Shown: piece after piece, positions 57,712 through 64,000 of the stretch | How positions within the stretch are numbered: the stretch's first letter is position 1 | Layout: the number at the start of each line of letters is the position of its first letter | DNA from: an uncultured Christensenella sp. | GTDB taxonomy: Bacteria > Bacillota > Clostridia > Christensenellales > CAG-917 | NCBI GenBank assembly: GCA_910584155.1 | Contig: CAJTYG010000007.1 | Location: forward strand, 65,848-129,847 | Direction of reading: 5' to 3' | DNA: 64,000 bases | Notes under the pieces: model-generated | Seen by the model: only the letters and a program-made list of their open reading frames with translations | Databases searched by the model: none | Told to the model about the DNA's origin: nothing | Made by a program: the position numbers and the translations under genes

Positions 57712-58773
57712 ATGGAATTTAGAAACTCACTTACTATCCTCTTTTCACACATCGGCTACGTGCTTAAGATAATGGTGTGGATCATCATATCGCTTATCAT
57801 CACGGCGGCGGTGGGCGCTGCGATACTCATTCCTCTTTGGAAGGTGCTTGCGACGTCTACGGACGCAGTTATGTGGGCGGGCGAGCTGAAAGACATATTG
57901 ACCTCCGTGTGGAACGGCACCGTCAATATGCGGGTTGCGGTGTTCGATCTTGTGCCGACTGCCGTCAGCTTTGTAAAGACGCTTACGACAAATGCGGGCG
58001 CATTTACGGGGCTCGTGTTTGCGCTGATTTTTCTATATTCGCTGTACAGCTTCGTTATGGGGCTTTCCTATTACACCATAGCGGACATCATCAACAAGCT
58101 TATGGCGTCAAATCTGCGCTTCGGCTTTGCAAGCAATATGGCGATGAACTTCAAAAAGTGCTGCAAGTATTCCTTCTGCCGCCTGCTTATCACACTTCCG
58201 ATAGATCTCGGTTGCTTTGTAATAGGTATATTTATCGCATACGGACTGTTCAGTGTGGCGGGATTGTTTACATTCCCGATAATGCTGATTCTCGTGATAC
58301 TTTTCTGCTCGCTAAGGGCGTTGCTCTTCAGCGGCTGGCTTCCGAGGACGCTTTATCATCCGGAGGAGCGTATGTATACGAGCTTCAGCCGTGCCTTTAC
58401 CTTTGTGAGGACAAATCTCGGCGGACTTTTCAAGGCGTATTTTGTCACGTTCAGTTGTGTGTATCTGCTTGCGTCGGTGCTCACAGTGCCTACGGGCGGA
58501 CTTATACTTTTGGTGATGCCGTCGATATACTATTTCCTGCTCAGAGCGGTGGAGCTTGTGGGCTATTACAAGACAAAGGGCTACAGCTTTTATCTTGACG
58601 GCTCCACGGTCGTAAATACAGTGGAATACGGCTACCGTGCGCCTAATCAAGAGGAATGTAATACCTGCGAAAAACCCAACTGCGACGGCTGTCCAGTCGA
58701 TGCCGGTACAAAGGACGAAGACGTAAAAGAAACGGAAAATACGGAAGCGGACAATACGGAAATAGCGGAGTGA
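57712..58773 (+). CDS. Hypothetical multi-pass membrane protein with a Cys-rich acidic tail
   Basis: About 6 TM helices. The tail reads ECNTCEKPNCDGCP...DEDVKETENTEADNTE. Confidence 0.65.
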   Translation: MEFRNSLTILFSHIGYVLKIMVWIIISLIITAAVGAAILIPLWKVLATSTDAVMWAGELKDILTSVWNGTVNMRVAVFDLVPTAVSFVKTLTTNAGAFTGLVFALIFLYSLYSFVMGLSYYTIADIINKLMASNLRFGFASNMAMNFKKCCKYSFCRLLITLPIDLGCFVIGIFIAYGLFSVAGLFTFPIMLILVILFCSLRALLFSGWLPRTLYHPEERMYTSFSRAFTFVRTNLGGLFKAYFVTFSCVYLLASVLTVPTGGLILLVMPSIYYFLLRAVELVGYYKTKGYSFYLDGSTVVNTVEYGYRAPNQEECNTCEKPNCDGCPVDAGTKDEDVKETENTEADNTEIAE

Positions 58774-58776
58774 GTT

Positions 58777-59328
58777 ATGAGCGATTTAGACAAAAATGAC
58801 AAGCCTTTAGAGGAAGAGCAAACCAAACCCGTCAAGTCGGGCGGAAAAATCAGAATGAATTTCGGCGTTGTGAAGACCGTCATTCTGGCAGTCATACTTG
58901 CAGGCGTGCTTGCGGTGTTCGGCTTGGATATAGCCATACTTGCGGGCGCCGACGGTATGACAAATAATTCGCCTGCGATTCCCGCCGTGTCTATGGTCGC
59001 AGGGCTGATAGTCGGCATAGGCTGCGTGCTGCTTTTGACAAACAGCTATTATTCCTTTAAGGAAAATGCGTTTGTGATGATGCTTGGCATATTCGGCGAC
59101 AAGATCAGATATGAGGATATTTTGCTTGTGAAGCAGGATATTGTCACAAGCGAGCTGTACCTCATTGTCAACGACGTGACCAAGGGCGTGCAGGACTCGC
59201 AGATAGCTCTCAAAATCAATATATCCGCAAATAAAACGGCGGCGTTTCTTAAGGAGCTGAGAGCGCATATTCCGTCTGTGACGGTGGAGCTTTTTACAAA
59301 GCCAAAAAAGAAAAAGAAGCAGGACTAA
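58777..59328 (+). CDS. Hypothetical two-TM protein with a possible bacterial-PH-like C-terminal domain
   Basis: Starts 3 nt after the previous stop. Two TM helices are followed by a soluble domain of about 90 aa and a K-rich tail. The domain call is tentative. Confidence 0.55.
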   Translation: MSDLDKNDKPLEEEQTKPVKSGGKIRMNFGVVKTVILAVILAGVLAVFGLDIAILAGADGMTNNSPAIPAVSMVAGLIVGIGCVLLLTNSYYSFKENAFVMMLGIFGDKIRYEDILLVKQDIVTSELYLIVNDVTKGVQDSQIALKINISANKTAAFLKELRAHIPSVTVELFTKPKKKKKQD

Positions 59329-59417
59329 ACGTAGACGTTGTTTGATAGCAAAAACGGAGTTGAGGCGTTTAGAATAAACAAATCGGCTCCTTTTTAAAAA
59401 TAGTAATAAGAGGTCGT

Positions 59418-61604
59418 ATGGTAAAAATCGTTGATAAAGAAATGTATTATTATGACGGCAGGCTGATAGATTCTAACGAGCTTGCCTCGCTTAATGTCGC
59501 CGCAAACGACGGCACTGTTGCAGGCGAAATATTGCTTGCGCACAATACGTTGGGAAATCCCCAAAAGCTCAAAATCAGATTTGACGCTATGGCGTCGCAC
59601 GACATCACGTATGTTGGAATAATACAGTCGGCAAGGGCAAGCGGGCTTGAGGAATTTCCTTTGCCATACGTGCTTACAAATTGCCACAATTCGCTGTGCG
59701 CAGTGGGCGGCACGATAAACGAGGACGACCACGTATTCGGCTTGTCCGCCGCAAAAAAGTACGGCGGAATATACGTGCCTGCAAACGTGGCCGTCATACA
59801 CAGCTATATGAGAGAGAGGTTTGCGGGCTGCAAAAAAATGCTGCTTGGCAGCGACAGCCATACGAGATACGGCGCACTCGGCACTCTTGCGATAGGCGAG
59901 GGCGGACCGGAGCTTGTAAAACAACTGCTCAAACGCACTTATGACATCGATTATCCACGTATCATCGCCGTACATCTTTCGGGCAGCGTGCGCAAGGGCG
60001 TAGGTCCGCAGGACGTTGCGCTTGCGCTGATAGGCGCAGTGTTCAAAAGCGGCTTTGTAAAAAACGCCGTGCTTGAATTTGTAGGCGACGGCATAGACGG
60101 GCTTTCTGTGGAATATCGCAACGGCATAGACGTTATGACTACCGAAAGCGCTTGTTTAAGCTCCGTATGGTGCACGGACGGCAAGGTAAAAGAGTATCTT
60201 GCAAGCTACGGAAGAGAGGACGATTATATGCCGCTGTCACCGCAAAACGGCGCAAAATACGACGGCGCAATATTTATTGATTTAAACAAGGTCGAGCCTA
60301 TGATAGCGCTGCCGTTTCACCCGTCAAACGTTTATAAGCTTGCAGATGTCATCGCAAATCCATACGAGATACTGTCTGAGGCGGAAAAAGCGGGCAACGA
60401 GCTGCTTGGCACGGATAATTTTAAGCTTACGGATAAGATAAAGGACGGAAAAATATGCGTGTCACAGGGCATTATCGCAGGCTGCGCAGGCGGAATTTAC
60501 GACAATATTATGTGTGCGGCAAATATTCTCAAGGGTAAATCTGTGGGCAACGGTGCGTTTAGCCTCAGCATATATCCTGCATCTCAAGCTACCAATATCG
60601 CCCTTGCAAAAAACGGTGCGCTTGCAAGTCTGCTCGCAAGCGGAGCCGTGATAAAGCCATGTTTTTGCGGTCCTTGCTTCGGAGCAGGCGACGTGCCATG
60701 TAACAACGGGTTGAGTATACGCCATACTACCCGCAATTTTGAAAGACGTGAGGGCTCAAAGCCGTCCGATGGACAGATAGCGTCTGTTGCGCTTATGGAC
60801 GCACGCTCTATCGCCGCAACTGCCGCAAACGGCGGGGTGCTAACAAGTGCGCTCGGCTATGATTATGACGACGGCTTCGATGCGTTTGAATTTGTGCCGT
60901 CCGTGTACGACGCACGCATTTATGACGGATACGGAAAAGCCGACAAGAGTGCGGAACTCGTCTATGGACCTAATATCACTGATATTCCTGCGCTGTCGCC
61001 TCTTAAAGATAATCTTGCAATAAAGGTGTGCAGTGTGATAAACGACAGCGTTACCACTACGGACGAGCTCATTCCGTCGGGCGAAACGTCGTCATACAGA
61101 AGCAATCCTTTGCGCCTTGCCGAGTTTGCGCTATCCCGCAAGGATCCCTTGTACGTCGCACGCAGCAAAGCCGTGCGTGACGGCAAGGATAATCTTGACG
61201 AAGCGTTGAATTCAGTGGGTTTGAATGTCGAAAACACATCTGTAGGCACCTGCATATTTGCAGTTAAACCGGGGGACGGCTCCGCAAGAGAGCAGGCGGC
61301 AAGCTGCCAGAGGTTTTTGGGCGGCTCGGCAAATATCGCAAGAGAATACGCAACAAAGCGCTATCGCTCAAACCTGATAAATTGGGGAATGCTGCCTCTT
61401 GTTGACGATAGCACCGAATACGAGCTCGGCGACGTTGTCGTCATCAAAAACGTACGAGAGGCAATATACAAGGACAAAATCGAAGCTATACTGATAAGAG
61501 AAAATAAGCATCAGATTTTGCACTTATCGATAGGCTCGCTTACGGACAGCGAAAGACAAATTTTGCTTGACGGCTGCCTGATAAACTATTATAAACGCAG
61601 TTAA
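59418..61604 (+). CDS. Aconitase-family Fe-S hydratase (putative aconitate hydratase)
   Basis: LGSDSHT, CFCGPCFG and NFERREG motifs, plus a swivel-domain GDGSAREQAA motif. Confidence 0.8.
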   Translation: MVKIVDKEMYYYDGRLIDSNELASLNVAANDGTVAGEILLAHNTLGNPQKLKIRFDAMASHDITYVGIIQSARASGLEEFPLPYVLTNCHNSLCAVGGTINEDDHVFGLSAAKKYGGIYVPANVAVIHSYMRERFAGCKKMLLGSDSHTRYGALGTLAIGEGGPELVKQLLKRTYDIDYPRIIAVHLSGSVRKGVGPQDVALALIGAVFKSGFVKNAVLEFVGDGIDGLSVEYRNGIDVMTTESACLSSVWCTDGKVKEYLASYGREDDYMPLSPQNGAKYDGAIFIDLNKVEPMIALPFHPSNVYKLADVIANPYEILSEAEKAGNELLGTDNFKLTDKIKDGKICVSQGIIAGCAGGIYDNIMCAANILKGKSVGNGAFSLSIYPASQATNIALAKNGALASLLASGAVIKPCFCGPCFGAGDVPCNNGLSIRHTTRNFERREGSKPSDGQIASVALMDARSIAATAANGGVLTSALGYDYDDGFDAFEFVPSVYDARIYDGYGKADKSAELVYGPNITDIPALSPLKDNLAIKVCSVINDSVTTTDELIPSGETSSYRSNPLRLAEFALSRKDPLYVARSKAVRDGKDNLDEALNSVGLNVENTSVGTCIFAVKPGDGSAREQAASCQRFLGGSANIAREYATKRYRSNLINWGMLPLVDDSTEYELGDVVVIKNVREAIYKDKIEAILIRENKHQILHLSIGSLTDSERQILLDGCLINYYKRS

Positions 61605-61667
61605 ATTGCACTTTAAGTCACCCGTCGGCATATTCTGTGCCGAGCGAGGTGGGTTATTAAGCTTAAA

Positions 61668-62705
61668 GTGTATGTCAACTTAGAAAAGATACGCTGCAAT
61701 TTGCTTCGTATAAAGCGCAGCGTGGGCGTCAAGACGTTTTTTATGGTCAAGGCGGACGCCTACGGGCACGGACTGTGCGAGGTAGCTCAGGCTGTGGAGG
61801 ACATTGTGGACGGCTACGGCGTGGCTGTGCTCGAGGAAGGTTTATCTCTTAGAGCCTGCGGCATAAAAAAGCCCGTTTTGCTTCTGATATGTCCGCCCGA
61901 CGAGCTTATAGAGGCAATAAATCACGACCTCAGCGTTTGCATAGGGAACGAAACGCAGCTTGCTGCGCTTGAAAACGCCGTGTTGGACGGAATAATATCC
62001 GCAGACCAAGCAAAAATACATATTGCCGTGGATACGGGGATGCACCGCCTCGGCTTTGACGTCGACGCAATGGATGTTGTGCTTAAACGACTTTGCAAAA
62101 TCGGCATAAGCGCAGAGGGCGTGTATTCGCATTTGCGGGTGCGATCCCAAAAGCAGATAAAAGCCTTTGACAGGGCCTGCGACATCGTAAGAGCATACTG
62201 TCCAAATGCTTTGCGGCACATAGCGTCAAGTCATTCGGCAGGCTGTAAAACGCTCAGATACGATGCCGTCCGAGTGGGGCTGTATGCTTATGAGGGCGCA
62301 ATGCGCATAGAAAGCAAGGTCATTGCCGTAAGACGTGTTGCGGCAGGCGAATATGTGAGCTACGGCAGCTTTAAGCTTAGCCGTGATACGAACACTGCGG
62401 TCGTTTTCGGCGGCTATGCGGACGGCGTTCAAAGAGAGAATCCGTCGGCGGTGTATATACGTGGGCGTGAATGTAGGGTGCTCGGCAAAGTCTGTATGGA
62501 TATGTGCGTTGTGGATTGCGGCGATTTTTTGCCCGATATAGGCGAAAAAGTTGTGCTTTCGGACGCAGAAAAGATAAAGAGAGTTTCAAAAATGCGCCGA
62601 AGTGTGGAATACACTGCGATGACCTGTTGGCATGGGCGCATAGAAAGGATATATGAGTATGACAAAGGAAGAAGCGAGGTTAGCCTCAAAAAAGGCGATA
62701 GCTAA
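61668..62705 (+). CDS. alr: Alanine racemase
   Basis: VKADAYGHG PLP-lysine motif and a C-terminal VCMDMCVVD motif. GTG start. The N-terminus is slightly short. Confidence 0.88.
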   Translation: MYVNLEKIRCNLLRIKRSVGVKTFFMVKADAYGHGLCEVAQAVEDIVDGYGVAVLEEGLSLRACGIKKPVLLLICPPDELIEAINHDLSVCIGNETQLAALENAVLDGIISADQAKIHIAVDTGMHRLGFDVDAMDVVLKRLCKIGISAEGVYSHLRVRSQKQIKAFDRACDIVRAYCPNALRHIASSHSAGCKTLRYDAVRVGLYAYEGAMRIESKVIAVRRVAAGEYVSYGSFKLSRDTNTAVVFGGYADGVQRENPSAVYIRGRECRVLGKVCMDMCVVDCGDFLPDIGEKVVLSDAEKIKRVSKMRRSVEYTAMTCWHGRIERIYEYDKGRSEVSLKKGDS

Positions 62706-63234
62706 GCTGTCAAGCGAGGATAAGGAGTGGGCAAGCGGCGCAATTTGCGACGCTTTGAGCGGCTTGAGCGAGTTTTGCAGGGCGCACAGCATATTTGTGT
62801 TTTTGGGCACAGATAGCGAGCCTGACACCGAAGAAACCGTAGGGCTTGCGCTTATGCTCGAGCGCACCGTCAGCGTGCCGAGGGTGCACGGCAGGGATAT
62901 GGATGCGATAGTCATTTCGCCTTATACAAATTTCAAGCGCAACAGGTGGAATATCTTAGAGCCTGTCGGGGGACATAAAACGGACGATATCGACGTTGCG
63001 ATAATACCTCTCGTCGCCTTTGACGGACTGAAAAGAGTTGGGCACGGCGGCGGCTATTACGACAGATTTTTGTCCGCTCACGACTGTATCAAGATAGGCG
63101 TTGCGTTTGACTGCCAAAGCGTAGAGGGGCTTTGTGCAGATGATTTTGACATACCTATGGATATCCTCATCACCGAAAAGCGGATAATTACACGCAGCGG
63201 TGAAGTATCCAACGTTTTCGGAGAAAAGCTATGA
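62653..63234 (+). CDS. 5-formyltetrahydrofolate cyclo-ligase
   Basis: VAFDGLKRVGHGGGYYDRFL motif. Overlaps the alr 3' end by about 50 nt. Confidence 0.85.
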   Translation: MSMTKEEARLASKKAIAKLSSEDKEWASGAICDALSGLSEFCRAHSIFVFLGTDSEPDTEETVGLALMLERTVSVPRVHGRDMDAIVISPYTNFKRNRWNILEPVGGHKTDDIDVAIIPLVAFDGLKRVGHGGGYYDRFLSAHDCIKIGVAFDCQSVEGLCADDFDIPMDILITEKRIITRSGEVSNVFGEKL

Positions 63235-64000
63235 GAATTGTAGCGGGAAGATACAAGGGCAAAAACCTCATTTCGCCAAAGGGCGAGGACGTGCGCCCTA
63301 CAACTACACGTATAAAGGAAACGCTGTTTAACATCCTTCAGTGCGACGTGCCGTCCGCAAGGGTGCTCGACCTGTTTGCAGGCAGCGGCTCGCTTGGCAT
63401 AGAGTGCATATCGAGAGGGGCGGAGCACGTCACCTTTGTCGACAAAAGCAGAGACAGCATTGCGCTCATACGTGAAAATTTAAAGGGCATTGACGGCTAT
63501 TATTCCGTGATAAACAGCGATTTCATGGCTGCGCTTAACGGGGCGGCATACAACGGCATAAAATACGACCTCATCTTTTTGGATCCGCCGTATGCGAGTG
63601 GACTCGCCGAGCTTGCCATTGACAAAATCTTTGAGTTTGATTTGCTTTCGCAATACGGCATAATCGTGTTTGAACACGGCAGCGAAAAGACTTATACGCT
63701 CACCGCAGACGGATATAAGCAGCGCACCAAAAGGATGGGCACCGTCACCGCCGAGTTTATTACACGCAAGCATATTGCGCTTATGACGGGCAGCTTCGAT
63801 CCGTTTACGAGAGGGCACGAAGCCGTGCTTGACGAGGCGCTTTGCCGCTTTGACGAGGTGGTGGTCGCATGCCTTATAAACGAGGATAAAAAATATACGT
63901 TTACAAACGCTCAACGGCTTGCGCTTGTCGAGGCTGTGTGCAGAACAAAAAAGGGCGCAAGAGCTGTATTTTCGGACAAGTTTGCCGTGGAAGTTGCAAA
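63231..64000 (+). CDS. Single open frame encoding RsmD (16S rRNA m2G966 methyltransferase) fused to the N-terminus of CoaD (phosphopantetheine adenylyltransferase); 3' end lies outside the window
   Basis: My own translation from the ATG at 63231 gives MRIVAGRYKGK...VLDLFAGSGSLGIE...DLIFLDPPY (RsmD). It continues without a stop into ...HIALMTGSFDPFTRGHEAVLDEA...VVACLINEDKK (CoaD). The frame is still open at base 64000. It is absent from the ORF track because no stop is reached. Confidence 0.8.
   Translation, partial: MRIVAGRYKGKNLISPKGEDVRPTTTRIKETLFNILQCDVPSARVLDLFAGSGSLGIECISRGAEHVTFVDKSRDSIALIRENLKGIDGYYSVINSDFMAALNGAAYNGIKYDLIFLDPPYASGLAELAIDKIFEFDLLSQYGIIVFEHGSEKTYTLTADGYKQRTKRMGTVTAEFITRKHIALMTGSFDPFTRGHEAVLDEALCRFDEVVVACLINEDKKYTFTNAQRLALVEAVCRTKKGARAVFSDKFAVEVA

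Overview
This 64-kb window looks like a chromosomal segment from a Bacillota (Clostridia/Bacilli-like) bacterium. That assignment rests on synteny only. dnaG-sigA-trmK-nif3 and hrcA-grpE-dnaK-dnaJ-prmA-rsmE-mtaB are arranged as in Bacillus subtilis, and a CIRCE operator sits in front of hrcA. Most of the window is housekeeping: thrS, tyrS, valS, ilvE, recX, ddh, alr, ppa, rpsU, two tRNAs, lacZ, pnuC, and a lysine-riboswitch-controlled amino-acid ABC transporter. I found no CRISPR array, transposase, integrase or rRNA.

My best candidate for an undescribed system is the tightly coupled five-gene operon at 1-5958. It encodes a ClpP paralogue with all three catalytic residues replaced, an N-terminally short but catalytically intact ClpP, a 943-aa membrane protein with Rossmann/TrkA-N-like modules and a C-terminal RyR-like motif, and two paralogous winged-helix-like proteins. 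The second of these carries a roughly 200-aa poly-acidic tail. No AAA+ partner is visible.

Other points worth a second look:
- A promoter-to-terminator structured RNA of about 180 nt (35060-35240, minus strand) that I cannot assign to a known class.
- A Zn-ribbon/TM protein and an LRR protein separated only by one in-frame TAG.
- Perfect 138-bp tandem repeats inside the LRR gene.
- An EndoA-type mazF toxin with no antitoxin gene.
- A NifU-like/GGGtGRT gene pair.
- An rsmD-coaD reading frame with no stop between the two domains.
- Two small AT-rich islets (NERD nuclease plus Cys-rich protein; XRE regulator plus a 26-bp palindrome).
- A terminator-containing leader in front of pnuC.

All functional calls come from motif recognition by eye. 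No database search was run.
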